Assembly (NCBI GenBank): GCA_016186795.1
Contig: JACPKY010000002.1
Location: 416,748 to 463,043, forward strand
Source of the DNA: Candidatus Gottesmanbacteria bacterium
GTDB lineage: Bacteria; Patescibacteriota; Microgenomatia; 2-02-FULL-39-11
Length of the DNA stretch: 46,296 nt
Direction of reading: 5' to 3'
In this document: piece after piece, positions 33,194-43,057 of the stretch
How positions within the stretch are numbered: the first letter of the stretch is position 1
Layout of the letters: each line of letters starts with the position of its first letter
The notes under the pieces: model-generated
What the model was told of the DNA's origin: nothing
The model's database searches: none
What the model saw: only the letters and a program-made list of their open reading frames with translations
Translations under genes and position numbers: made by a program

Positions 33194-34247
33194 GATGTTG
33201 CGCCTTAAGAATCGAATACCAGAGTTTGTAAAAATTGCTAGCGGTACTTTCCCACGTGAATTTCCTAAATCTCTCTCTACCCTTTAGAATTAATCTCTCT
33301 TGAAGCTTCTTGTCGTGGAAGAGCCGCATGATTGCACGAGCAATTTCATCCGTATCATAAGGATTGACAAAAAGTGCAGCGCTACCTGCAATTTCAGGAA
33401 TACTTGTTGTACGTGAGGCAACGACAGGAATTCCACAGGCCATAGCTTCGAGAACTGGAAGACCAAATCCTTCCGCAAAGGATGGTTGAACGTACATCGT
33501 TGCAAGATTATAGAGGTGAACAAGTTCGGTATTTGGAAGAAATCCAAACATGGTAACATGCTTATTTAGTCCAAGGATATAAATTGTGTTTTTTATGTTT
33601 TCTAATTCACGACTTTTATCTATAAATCCACTTCCAGCAAGTACAAGGTTTATAGATGGATCGTGCACTGATACCTTCTTAAACGATTCTATAAGTCCGA
33701 CAACATTTTTGTTGTAATTTACGTCTCCAACGTACAGGATAAAATTATCAGGAAGATTCAATTTCTGCTTGGTATTTTTAAGTAGCGCCGTAGATGAAAC
33801 TTTATGAAAGGTTCGTGCTACTCCAGGGTAAATGACATGAATCTTCACTCCTTTGCCACAAAATTTCTGAATACTTTTTTTCGAACTGGTTGAATCAGTA
33901 ACTATTGCGGAGGAACCAAAGAGAGAAAGCCGTTGTATTTGCCACTTTACCAACCCACGGATTCCAATAGGAAACTTATCTGGAAATTCAAGAGGAATAA
34001 GATCATGAACGGTCACTGTTGCTGGCTTAACTTTAACGAGTGGCAACGTTAAAAAGAAGGGATCAAAATACGGATAGTGGACTAATTGAGAAGAACCGTA
34101 CGCATGACCATAACCTGTTATCTGAACATCTAGAAGTTCATTTTTTCTAAGCGCAGCAATAAGATTTTCCGTATAACTACCTACTCCTCGTTTTGCATGT
34201 CCGGAAAGAGGAGGAAAAACTACCGCGATACGCAATTTTCCGCCCAT
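33186..34247 (-). CDS. Glycosyltransferase, GT-B fold (GT4)
   Basis: EX7E region PSFAEGFGLPVLEAMACGIPVVAS; N-lobe RIAVVFPPLSGHAKRGVGSY. Confidence 0.85.
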   Translation of the reverse strand: MGGKLRIAVVFPPLSGHAKRGVGSYTENLIAALRKNELLDVQITGYGHAYGSSQLVHYPYFDPFFLTLPLVKVKPATVTVHDLIPLEFPDKFPIGIRGLVKWQIQRLSLFGSSAIVTDSTSSKKSIQKFCGKGVKIHVIYPGVARTFHKVSSTALLKNTKQKLNLPDNFILYVGDVNYNKNVVGLIESFKKVSVHDPSINLVLAGSGFIDKSRELENIKNTIYILGLNKHVTMFGFLPNTELVHLYNLATMYVQPSFAEGFGLPVLEAMACGIPVVASRTTSIPEIAGSAALFVNPYDTDEIARAIMRLFHDKKLQERLILKGRERFRKFTWESTASNFYKLWYSILKAQHHG

Positions 34248-35026
34248 TACGTTTTTAAATCTTTGATACTCACTTTATTCTCCCAATATTTCACAAAAGC
34301 AACAGGAAATCGTAAAGAGGAAAAGATTGAAAAAAGAAAACCGGCAAATCCATCCATAAAGCCTTTGTGGCGAACATACGTTTTCACAAACCAAACGATC
34401 GGCTTTATCACGCAGTAAGAAATAATTTCTCTTATACCAGTATCGACTTTTCTCTCGCTAAGTTCCTGAGCCAGTATTGAAGTGTAACGATCAAAGTGAG
34501 AAAGATAATGAGAAAAATTTGGGTATGGATAGTGGTAGAGAGAATTTTTTAAATAGGAAGTATCACCAGAAACCACAGCCTGCTCATGAACGCTCTTGCA
34601 AGGAAGTTTACCTGACCCGTTTCGATAAAGCCGAAGGGTATAATCCGGATATTGCCCTCCTTTTTGTAAAAACTTCCCGAGGAAATAGTTCCTTCGCGAC
34701 ATCCAGTAACCGGCAAAATTTCCTTCCTCTGGTAAACTTTGAATTTCTTGCCGGAGTTCCTTTGATACAACTTCATCAGCATCGAGTTGCAGAATCCATT
34801 TTTTGGTACAGTGATCAATTGCTATCTGTTTATTAATATGGAACATTTTCCGATTATCAGCGTGAAGAATTTTGGCTTTGTATTTTTTTGCAATATCAAC
34901 ACTTCTATCAGTTGATGCTCCATCGGCAATAACAATTTCCTCAACGAGAGACTTAACACTGTCAAGAGCACGAGTTAGATTTTCCTCCTCATTATGAATC
35001 GCCATCGCTAGAGAAATACTTTTCAT
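34247..35026 (-). CDS. Glycosyltransferase family 2
   Basis: ISLAMAIHNEEENLTRALDSVKSLVEEIVIADGASTDRS and LQLDADE (DxD). TAATG overlap with the next gene. Confidence 0.85.
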   Translation of the reverse strand: MKSISLAMAIHNEEENLTRALDSVKSLVEEIVIADGASTDRSVDIAKKYKAKILHADNRKMFHINKQIAIDHCTKKWILQLDADEVVSKELRQEIQSLPEEGNFAGYWMSRRNYFLGKFLQKGGQYPDYTLRLYRNGSGKLPCKSVHEQAVVSGDTSYLKNSLYHYPYPNFSHYLSHFDRYTSILAQELSERKVDTGIREIISYCVIKPIVWFVKTYVRHKGFMDGFAGFLFSIFSSLRFPVAFVKYWENKVSIKDLKT

Positions 35027-35037
35027 ATGATAAACTT

Positions 35038-35760
35038 TTACATCTTCAATGATCGAAAAAGTGAAAGTAAGGTCATAATACCGTAGCGCACCGACCGAGG
35101 AAAGTTTATAGAAGAAGCCTGGGGAAAATAACGTACTGGAACTGCGATCTCACCAATTCGGAAACCCTTCTTATGAGCCACAATCAGTATCTCCTGATCA
35201 AAAACAAAATCGTTCGAAAAAGAATGGAAAGGAATTTTTGTTAAGACTTCACGAGTAAATGCTCGAAACCCTGTATGATACTCTGAAAGGTTTAGCCCAA
35301 GTATGATATTTTCAAGAAGCGTTAGAAATCTATTACTTACGTATTTATAAAACGGCATACCCCCAGAAAGAGCTTCTTTCCGGCTTCGAATCCTACTTCC
35401 AAGCATTATATCGTATCGCCCCTCTCGGATTGGTTGAATAAGATAACCAGTCAGTGTCGCGTCATACTGATAATCCGGGTGAATCATAACAATGATATCT
35501 CCACCTCGTTTCAGTGCCTGGGTATAACAGGTTTTTTGATTCCCTCCGTATCCAAGATTTTTTCCATGTACAAATACATCGAGTCCAAGTTTTTGGGAAA
35601 TCGTAACCGTATCATCCTGACTATCATCATCTACAATGATAACTTCATCCACGATTCCTTTTGGAATATCACGATATGTTTTCTCAAGAGTCTTTGCCGC
35701 ATTGTACGCAGGCATAACGACGATTACTTTTGGCTTCCGCGTATTATGAAGTCTTTTCAT
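35038..35760 (-). CDS. Glycosyltransferase family 2 (DPM1-like catalytic domain)
   Basis: VIVVMPAYNAAKTLEKTYRDIP...VIIVDDDSQDDT...GYGGNQKT...IHPDYQY. ATGs at 35784 and 35760 both overlap the upstream stop (35744); I chose the shorter overlap. Confidence 0.8.
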   Translation of the reverse strand: MKRLHNTRKPKVIVVMPAYNAAKTLEKTYRDIPKGIVDEVIIVDDDSQDDTVTISQKLGLDVFVHGKNLGYGGNQKTCYTQALKRGGDIIVMIHPDYQYDATLTGYLIQPIREGRYDIMLGSRIRSRKEALSGGMPFYKYVSNRFLTLLENIILGLNLSEYHTGFRAFTREVLTKIPFHSFSNDFVFDQEILIVAHKKGFRIGEIAVPVRYFPQASSINFPRSVRYGIMTLLSLFRSLKM

Positions 35761-37213
35761 TTTCAAGCTTTTTATCCTCAACATTTTCTATTTTCTTTTC
35801 CTCGAGATATTCCCGCTCAATATTGACAGATTCAACATCGTAAAGTTTTCTCCCTTTTATAATGTTCCAGGCTGCGTAAAGACCCATTTCTATGGAATGG
35901 TCCATATTGTTATATCGGAATGTTCCATTCCTCCCAATAAGTTGTAAATTCTTAAATCTTTTCAAAAAAAGTTTAATCTCTTTGACATCTTGTCTGTATC
36001 CAATATGATAGACCGGATACTCCTTCGGTACTCTGTGAACATACCCTCTGATAATATCGCGATCATCGATGAGATGGAATTCTTCAATATATGATCGGGA
36101 AACCAGTTTAATTATTTCTTTATCAGATTTTCGCCAGAGTCTATCTCCTTCATTACAGGCTATTTCAAATACAAGTGACGTAGTCCCTTTTGGAGAAAGA
36201 CCATCGCTCCAATTATCCATTTCCATCACTCGCATGAATGGAATTTCTTTGGGATGAACATAGATCCACGTATCGGGAGTAATATGGGTTTTTTTTACAA
36301 AAAGTGCAACTTGAAGTTCGTCGCGATAGCGAAGTTTATGGGCTAACTGCAAGATACGTTCATCAATCAAAGGTGTGAGTGCTAAACAGAAATCGTTTAT
36401 CGGAATACTTGAGATGACAAAATCGGCTTCATACCGTTTCATCCCCTTTTTATGCTTTACTCCTATTGCCGTAATTTTTTTCCCATCGTGAAATATTTTG
36501 GTAACATCGGCTAAAGTATGAATTACTCCTTTATACTCCTTCATCTCGCTTGCTAATTTTTCAGCAATTCTCCCTACCCCATCTTTTGGATAAGAAAACT
36601 CATCAACGAGAGAAACTACAGTACCACTTTTGAAAAAAATATCCTTGAGTATTGTCAAAATATTTAACCCTCTCGTCCTTTGCCCTACCCAATCGACGCT
36701 AATTTGAATACATTTCTCACCCCATAATTTTTCGCTGTATCTTTGGAAAAATGTTTTATAGAGAGTTTGGCCAAACTGATTGATATAGCCATCTTCAAGG
36801 GTAACTAACTTCCTTTTGAAAAGTCTTGCTCTTAAACGAGCCCGTGTATAGTCGAAAACAGCCATGAAAGCGCGGGCAATTCCAATTCCAAAAAGGGCAT
36901 TCAAAAGTTTAATTGGATAGTAAAAAAATTTACCGTCAAAATAGATCCTAGTAAGTCTCGGAACTTTTATAACCTCCGGACCTAAAAGTTTCAGCATCCA
37001 ATCATTCACCATATTACTCTTGGTATACCAACGATGTGGTCCGGTATCGAAACGAAATCCCCCCACATTGATCGTCCTGGCAAGACCTCCAACTTCATTC
37101 CATTTCTCGAACACTTCAACTGATTTATTCGCCTTTGCCAGTTCAAATCCTGCCGCAAGCCCTGCAAGTCCCCCACCAAGAATAAGAATTTTCCCTCGTT
37201 TACTCTTCTTCAT
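35744..37213 (-). CDS. FAD-dependent oxidoreductase-fold protein, UDP-galactopyranose-mutase-like candidate
   Basis: KILILGGGLAGLAAGFELAK..VEVFEK.NEVGGLAR (dinucleotide-binding fold), FDTGPHRW (compare GPHIFH in UGM) and C-terminal IGRNGTFRYNNMDHSIEMG (compare the GRLxxYxYxxMD motif of UGM, from memory). It lies between galE and GT2 genes. Confidence 0.5.
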   Translation of the reverse strand: MKKSKRGKILILGGGLAGLAAGFELAKANKSVEVFEKWNEVGGLARTINVGGFRFDTGPHRWYTKSNMVNDWMLKLLGPEVIKVPRLTRIYFDGKFFYYPIKLLNALFGIGIARAFMAVFDYTRARLRARLFKRKLVTLEDGYINQFGQTLYKTFFQRYSEKLWGEKCIQISVDWVGQRTRGLNILTILKDIFFKSGTVVSLVDEFSYPKDGVGRIAEKLASEMKEYKGVIHTLADVTKIFHDGKKITAIGVKHKKGMKRYEADFVISSIPINDFCLALTPLIDERILQLAHKLRYRDELQVALFVKKTHITPDTWIYVHPKEIPFMRVMEMDNWSDGLSPKGTTSLVFEIACNEGDRLWRKSDKEIIKLVSRSYIEEFHLIDDRDIIRGYVHRVPKEYPVYHIGYRQDVKEIKLFLKRFKNLQLIGRNGTFRYNNMDHSIEMGLYAAWNIIKGRKLYDVESVNIEREYLEEKKIENVEDKKLENEKTS

Positions 37214-38132
37214 ATGACATGAAATACTCTCGAGTTAGACTTAGTCCCTTTTGTAAATCAATTTTTGGTTCCCACTTCAATACCCTCTTTGCCAACCTTC
37301 TATCCAAACAACTCCTATGCTGTTCTCCTTCCTTTGGAGACTTATGTTCGGCGGGAAGATTCGTTCCGTAGATGCTTTGGATACCTGAGGCTAATGCATT
37401 TACATCTGTCTCGATTCCAGTTCCTATATTGACAAACCCTGCGAAAGAAGATGTCAGCGCAGAAACATTTGCTTCAACAACATCACTTACATATACATAG
37501 TCACGCGTTTGTTTTCCATCACCGTTAATTTGTGGTGGGAGATTTTTTCGGATTCGCAAATTAAATATAGCAACAACTCCTGCCTCACCATGCGGATTTT
37601 GCCGTGGGCCATAAACATTGGCATAGCGTAGTGCAACAAATGGAATTTGATAATTTCTGTAGTAATAATTGAGGTATTTTTCACTGGAAAGTTTGGAAAT
37701 ACCATATGGAGATAATGGAAAAAGTGGCTGATATGTCTCTGGAGTAGGGATCAAATCTGTATCCCCATAAATAACACCACCTGAGGAGGCAAAAATTATC
37801 TTTGCAACTTTTATCTCTTTCGACACCTCAAGAATGTGTAAAAGACCGATGATATTTGCTTTCGCATCAAAAACTGGATCAGTCACGGAATGGCGAACAC
37901 TTATCTGCGCTGCATGATGGTTGATAACGTCAGGATGCTCTTTTTTTATAATATCGTTGATTTTCCCTCGATCCTCTATATCAACTTCATAGAAAACTGC
38001 TTTTGGGTTAACAAATTTTTTCGTGCCACTTGATAGATTATCCACGACAACAACATCATGTTCTAATTGAATGAACCTATCTACAATATGGGAGGCTATA
38101 AATCCAGCCCCCCCGGTCACCAGAATTTTCAT
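37200..38132 (-). CDS. galE: UDP-glucose/UDP-hexose 4-epimerase (GalE family)
   Basis: MKILVTGGAGFIASHIVD, ASSGGVIYG, YGISKLSSEKY, RYANVYGPRQ and GDGKQTRDYVYV form the typical GalE-type extended SDR pattern. Confidence 0.75.
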   Translation of the reverse strand: MKILVTGGAGFIASHIVDRFIQLEHDVVVVDNLSSGTKKFVNPKAVFYEVDIEDRGKINDIIKKEHPDVINHHAAQISVRHSVTDPVFDAKANIIGLLHILEVSKEIKVAKIIFASSGGVIYGDTDLIPTPETYQPLFPLSPYGISKLSSEKYLNYYYRNYQIPFVALRYANVYGPRQNPHGEAGVVAIFNLRIRKNLPPQINGDGKQTRDYVYVSDVVEANVSALTSSFAGFVNIGTGIETDVNALASGIQSIYGTNLPAEHKSPKEGEQHRSCLDRRLAKRVLKWEPKIDLQKGLSLTREYFMSYEEE

Positions 38133-38141
38133 ATACGTATT

Positions 38142-39770
38142 TTATCTTGCCACAATGCGCATCGCAACTTTCCCGTTCAAAAAATATACTGTGTGAACTA
38201 TCCCATCTGTATCATCCGGTATCTCATCGGGGTGATTCGGAATACTTACAAAAAGAACGTTTTTTTCGTTCCGGTCTTCCCTCCAATCGAGATTGCGGAA
38301 CTCATATTTCCCAAACTTTCGTGTAAAACGTCCAATTGTTTCCTCTTTCCAATTTTGCTGATACCAAAAAGGGTCAACTTTTTTATAGAAGAGGAAATAA
38401 ATATACGGCTGATCATAACGGTATGTAACAATTATTTTCTTAAAGTTCTGTTCGAGCTTTGTTACCTCTTGCACAACTTGTTTGTACCCATACTGCCATT
38501 CTTGTGAATACTCAACAGGTGTATGTACCCAGTACATATGGAGGTAGTAATAGATATTGAGAAGAAAGAAAAAGAAAAGTGCGGGAACTGCCAATGGGAA
38601 AATGTTCTTTTTCCAAGCAAGCTTTGTCAAAACCCATACGATACCAAATGTTATAAATATTTCGTGAGTTGGAATAAAAAGAAGGGAACGCACCGCATGA
38701 GGAGTAGCTTTGGTAATAGAGGAAGAAATGGGAGATACTAAAAACCACAGAAAGAGAAGCTGTACATTTTGATTATGTCGAAGTTTCCCGAGAAGTACCA
38801 GAACCCCAAAAACAAGGAATGGAAACTCCCATAAATAGAGCATTCCCATTCCAAACGCATGATGGCGGAATGCGGCATCGCCTGTTAAGAATAAAAAGTC
38901 GAAATTAAAGTGATCTAGATATCCTCCAAGCATCGCTTTCGCATAGACGATACGCCGATTATGCATGAGTGAACCAAGAACATCATTATTTACTCTGTCC
39001 TCTTCTTGTTTCCCAATACTAGATTTAAGAAGTTCATTGTCATTGAGAATAGTCACTGATCCAAACCGAGCAGAAGTAGATTTCCCAATATCTGTAAAGA
39101 TTGGAGAAATTAGAAGGAGAAAAATAGCGACAGCCGAAATAAACCACCGCCACGAGATCCTCATCTGATTTCGAAAAAGAATAAAAAGCCCTACCAAAAA
39201 TAGAGGAATCATAAGTCTCGGACTGTGATAGGCATAGAGAGACGTCGCAAATGAAAGTAAAGAGGCAAGGAAAAAGTGCTTCTGCGTTCGGCTCCCAAGG
39301 AAAAAATAAACGCCAGTTAAAAAGAAAAAGACTGACAGATTAGCTTCAAACGCGACTCGAGAAAACTGAATATGCCACGGAGAAAGTGCAAAAAGGAATG
39401 TAAAAAGGGCATATCTCCAAAACGCTTGCCCTGGAAATAACTTCCGTATGAGTAAATATCCGATAACAACGGAAAGACTCCCAAAAAATGCGGAAATAAA
39501 CCGAGTCGAAAATTCATTCAAGCCAAATAGCCACACGGGAAAAACTGTTAAGTATGTATAGAGAGGTGGCTTATAATCACCAAAGGACCGAAAAGAAAGT
39601 GGCATGAAGGAACCATATTCGTCACGTCCGGTCGTAAGTATTGAGTATGCGTTATATCCAAGAGACGCTTCATCCCAATCAAGGGAAGGAGGATTACCGC
39701 CTAATTCCCAAAAGCGTAAAAAGTATGCAAGGAAAAATATGCATCCAAGAATAAATATCTTTCTTATCAT
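38142..39770 (-). CDS. GT-C glycosyltransferase, GT39/PMT_2 (ArnT/PMT-like); tandem paralogue 1
   Basis: First loop PPSLDWDEASLGYNAYSILTTGRDEYGSFMPLSFRSFGDYKPPLYTY carries the DE motif of GT-C enzymes. The protein is polytopic with a C-terminal soluble domain. Confidence 0.7.
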   Translation of the reverse strand: MIRKIFILGCIFFLAYFLRFWELGGNPPSLDWDEASLGYNAYSILTTGRDEYGSFMPLSFRSFGDYKPPLYTYLTVFPVWLFGLNEFSTRFISAFFGSLSVVIGYLLIRKLFPGQAFWRYALFTFLFALSPWHIQFSRVAFEANLSVFFFLTGVYFFLGSRTQKHFFLASLLSFATSLYAYHSPRLMIPLFLVGLFILFRNQMRISWRWFISAVAIFLLLISPIFTDIGKSTSARFGSVTILNDNELLKSSIGKQEEDRVNNDVLGSLMHNRRIVYAKAMLGGYLDHFNFDFLFLTGDAAFRHHAFGMGMLYLWEFPFLVFGVLVLLGKLRHNQNVQLLFLWFLVSPISSSITKATPHAVRSLLFIPTHEIFITFGIVWVLTKLAWKKNIFPLAVPALFFFFLLNIYYYLHMYWVHTPVEYSQEWQYGYKQVVQEVTKLEQNFKKIIVTYRYDQPYIYFLFYKKVDPFWYQQNWKEETIGRFTRKFGKYEFRNLDWREDRNEKNVLFVSIPNHPDEIPDDTDGIVHTVYFLNGKVAMRIVAR

Positions 39771-41365
39771 TTTTCTCCTATGTCAAATACACCGTTTGCG
39801 GAAAGATCATCGATCTGGGCAACTTTGCTAAATCCCATCGGTAAATATCCAGCTCTTGTCACAGCAAGTGTTTTACCAGAGGCATTTTCTATTCCATTCG
39901 TTGTCATATGAATTTTTCCCATCGAAAAAACGTTCCAGAGACCAAATATATCAGGTTGAGCTACCCTTTCGCGTAATAATTTATCAACTGGTAACTTTCC
40001 GTAGAAAGCGAAGAAAATATATGGACGACCCAGTGCATCGGTCACAAAGATATTTTCATATTTTGACTCATTTGCTAACACATACTCTACCATCTGTTTA
40101 TATCCGTACTGCCAGGCGCCTCCGTACTGAACTTTATAATGAATGAAATATTCGTGGGTAAAGTAGAAAATCTGGAAAAAGATTATTGTAGTTACGCATA
40201 GTATCCCAAATAATCGTGATCTTTGGTGTATATGGCGAAAAACAAACCAAGTACCTAGGGCTCCGAGAATTTGGTAGACCGGAAGTATTGAAACTGTACG
40301 AAGTGCATGAGGGGTTTCCCGCGCAAGAGCTGCCGGAATGGGGACAATAAGAGCCCAAAATAAAAGTAACAGTCCTTCCTTTTTCCATCCCGTCCATAAG
40401 GCGTATATACCCAAAAGAATAAGTATTAGGTCGAATGGATAAAGCTCGCCCATATCTTGAATCGAGAGACGCAAATTCTCATCACCCCTTGAAAACAAGA
40501 ACCTTCCCTCAAAGTGATCAGTATAGTGACGAAGAAATTCCAAAAAATACAATATTCTTCGGTTATGAATAATTTTTGCGATGAGACTATCATTATCAGC
40601 TACAATAAGTCGATTTGCCGTTTCAACCGGCACAAGATTTGTAAAAATGGTGACCTCTTGAAAGCGCACTTTACTCTCTTTGCTTTGTAAAAAGGAAAAG
40701 CTAGGAAGAAGGAGGAAAAAAGATATAAAAACTGCCACGAAAAGCCAGCGAAGATTTAAAAGAATTTGGCGGTAGTACAAAAAAATGAGCCCCATGATAA
40801 AAAGTGGAGCAATGATTCTGTTGGCATTAAATGTATAGAAGGAGAAAACGAAAAAAATGAAAGAAAGAAGAAGGAGCGATTTCCTTTTCATGCTTTTGAT
40901 AAAGAGAAATAGACCGCAAAGATTGAAAAAAGCCGCGAGGTTTGCCTCAAACGCTGCCCGTGAAAGAAGGATAGACCAAGGAGAAATAGCAACAAAAAAA
41001 CTTGAGAGAGCACTAATCGGAAAAGATGAAAACAGCTCTTGTACTAGGAAAAATGTTAGAATAACCATTCCGGTACCTGCAAGAATTGAGGGAAGTCGGG
41101 TTGAAAGTTCATTAAGATCGAAAAACCAGATAAACGGGACTATCGAATAAATATATCCGGGTGGCTTATAATCGCCAAAGGCAGTAAATCTGGCAACTGG
41201 TAAAAATTCGCCATGCTCATCTTTCAAAGATGTCGCAATCGTATATGCATTGTATCCAAGAGATGCTTCATCCCAATAAAGACTTGGAGGATTATCGTTA
41301 ACATGATATATCCGAACAAGAAATCCCGCTGCGAAAATAAGGATCAGAAGAATCGTGTGTTTCAT
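39767..41365 (-). CDS. GT-C glycosyltransferase, GT39/PMT_2 (ArnT/PMT-like); tandem paralogue 2
   Basis: PPSLYWDEASLGYNAYTIATSLKDEHGEFLPVARFTAFGDYKPPGYIY is colinear with the downstream paralogue. ATGA overlaps occur at both ends. Confidence 0.7.
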   Translation of the reverse strand: MKHTILLILIFAAGFLVRIYHVNDNPPSLYWDEASLGYNAYTIATSLKDEHGEFLPVARFTAFGDYKPPGYIYSIVPFIWFFDLNELSTRLPSILAGTGMVILTFFLVQELFSSFPISALSSFFVAISPWSILLSRAAFEANLAAFFNLCGLFLFIKSMKRKSLLLLSFIFFVFSFYTFNANRIIAPLFIMGLIFLYYRQILLNLRWLFVAVFISFFLLLPSFSFLQSKESKVRFQEVTIFTNLVPVETANRLIVADNDSLIAKIIHNRRILYFLEFLRHYTDHFEGRFLFSRGDENLRLSIQDMGELYPFDLILILLGIYALWTGWKKEGLLLLFWALIVPIPAALARETPHALRTVSILPVYQILGALGTWFVFRHIHQRSRLFGILCVTTIIFFQIFYFTHEYFIHYKVQYGGAWQYGYKQMVEYVLANESKYENIFVTDALGRPYIFFAFYGKLPVDKLLRERVAQPDIFGLWNVFSMGKIHMTTNGIENASGKTLAVTRAGYLPMGFSKVAQIDDLSANGVFDIGEK

Positions 41366-43044
41366 GTTCTCTTTGCTTTTAAGAAAAGCTTTTTTCTAAA
41401 AATCCATTGCCGAATTTCTCCCGCAAAAAGAAAAACCCAGACCACAATTGCTGTAAGTGATAGCCCATCAGCAAATCGCATAAATTTCGTTGGGGTAAAT
41501 TTTACTTCTACGCCGTGTTCACCTTGCGGAAGAAAAAGGTTTAATTTCCCATTAGAATCGTATGTATAGGATGTTTGTCTCCCATCAATAAAGAGATTTA
41601 TGCCAGGAAAAAACAAATGATTAACTGATGCCATAGTCTTCTTTTGAACAGTTACCATCGCATCAATTGAGTTTGTTTTGACTCTCTTTACAATAGATGT
41701 AACCTGCTCACTAGGTTCAATGAAACTTTCCGGTCTTTTCCCAACATCAATATTAGTCCATTTAGGCAAGTATTCGGAAAATGTATTCGTCGTTACCTCA
41801 GAGTCTATATAGAGTTGGAGAGGTATGTCAGTATATTGATTTACTCTCACGTGGTTTTTATTGGTATAGAGAGAGATTACCATAAAGAAAACGGCAAGGA
41901 GAAAGCGAAACCTAGAAAAATGTGAAACAATAACTCCAACGAGAATTGCGCCAGTAAATGTAGTAAGAGATAAAAATCTCCATGGATAATCAACAAAGAT
42001 ATACGAATGAACTAAGTTCCAGAGAAAACGCGAGACATCAATCATAAAAACGATAGAAAGAATAAAAGCAAGAAGAGAAGGGAAAATCAAAAATGAAGTC
42101 TTGGACTTTTTGATGCGGTTTTTTACTAAGATAACGAGAGATAGAATCACTCCCAACCATTGTGCAATTCCTATCTGGAATGAAATTTCACCGTCTTTGG
42201 CCGAATGAATAATAGGTCCATATCCCCATTTTGAGTAGATAAGCTGATTGAGTGTTACGAAATGGTTTTCATAAAGCGTTGAAAAACCAGCCTGCATAGT
42301 TTTTGCCTTAATATCATTACTATAGGCAATTAATGGAAGAAGGTAGAATGCGGAAAGTATTAATCCTAGAAGAAAAAGGTATGAAAATCGCTTAAGAAGT
42401 ATCACTTTTTCTTTTGCTTGAAAAATAAGAGAAAAAATAAACAAGGCAATAAAAACTGATGCAAGAGGAAGTACCATGAAATGGGAAAGTATGAGTCCAG
42501 AAAATCCAAGACTTCCAAGTAAGACTCCCGAACGAGACTTGCCTTTTCCTACACGGGAAAGACCCCAAAAAAGAAGAGGAAGAAAAAGAAAAACCGTTGC
42601 TTCTCCTACTGATGCGCCAACCAATATTTTTGAAAATCGATACGGGGTCCACATGTAAATAAATCCTGCGATAAATCCTGCTTCTTCCCCCAATACCTCC
42701 CGTAACCAAAGATACATAACAACTCCAGATAGCACAAATCCTACAAGAAGAACGATCTTGACACTTGTGATGACACTTATGCCCATAAAAAGAAAAGGCA
42801 GTGCAATAATCCACGGAGCATGAAAAGAGAAAAGAAAAAGTGGGTACCCATATCCAGATGCTAGTTGACTTATCCACCGAGGAGGAATCTGACCATCTCC
42901 GACAGCTTGACCATAGTGGTAAAGTCGGGCAATGTTATGCCAACCGTCAAGACTTGTAAAAAACCCGGGGTGAAAAAGAGCTTTGAGTGCGTAAAGTCCT
43001 GAAAGGATTAAAATACAAAGATAAAGAGTGCTTCTATATCTCAT
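41362..43044 (-). CDS. Large polytopic membrane protein, PTPS-related/YfhO-like putative GT-C
   Basis: HPGFFTSLDGWHNIARLYHYGQAVGDGQIPPRWISQLASGYGYPLFLFSFHAPW resembles the N-terminal loop of the '6-pyruvoyl-tetrahydropterin synthase-related' membrane protein family (family name from memory). The protein has 560 aa, many TM segments, and a C-terminal beta-rich domain followed by a final TM. Confidence 0.5.
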   Translation of the reverse strand: MRYRSTLYLCILILSGLYALKALFHPGFFTSLDGWHNIARLYHYGQAVGDGQIPPRWISQLASGYGYPLFLFSFHAPWIIALPFLFMGISVITSVKIVLLVGFVLSGVVMYLWLREVLGEEAGFIAGFIYMWTPYRFSKILVGASVGEATVFLFLPLLFWGLSRVGKGKSRSGVLLGSLGFSGLILSHFMVLPLASVFIALFIFSLIFQAKEKVILLKRFSYLFLLGLILSAFYLLPLIAYSNDIKAKTMQAGFSTLYENHFVTLNQLIYSKWGYGPIIHSAKDGEISFQIGIAQWLGVILSLVILVKNRIKKSKTSFLIFPSLLAFILSIVFMIDVSRFLWNLVHSYIFVDYPWRFLSLTTFTGAILVGVIVSHFSRFRFLLAVFFMVISLYTNKNHVRVNQYTDIPLQLYIDSEVTTNTFSEYLPKWTNIDVGKRPESFIEPSEQVTSIVKRVKTNSIDAMVTVQKKTMASVNHLFFPGINLFIDGRQTSYTYDSNGKLNLFLPQGEHGVEVKFTPTKFMRFADGLSLTAIVVWVFLFAGEIRQWIFRKKLFLKAKRT

Positions 43045-43057
43045 AGCAACTGTTTGA

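Noticed and set aside
38067-38507. Plus-strand ORFs of 60-149 aa throughout the array. Examples are 38067-38507, 35434-35826, 14182-14559, 34477-34836, 41213-41569, 30304-30636, 5179-5502 and 1409-1858.
   Set aside because: All lie antisense to long minus-strand ORFs with clear family motifs. Their translations are low-complexity or compositionally odd with no recognisable motifs. They are the expected by-product of AT-rich coding sequence.
42392-42877. Same-strand nested 161-aa ORF inside the PTPS-related membrane protein gene. Other nested minus-strand ORFs include 28351-28644, 27079-27306, 32292-32546, 33290-33559 and 40134-40397.
   Set aside because: These are alternative frames of well-supported genes. 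Their products are Ser/Cys/Arg-rich or otherwise non-protein-like, and I see no independent start context.
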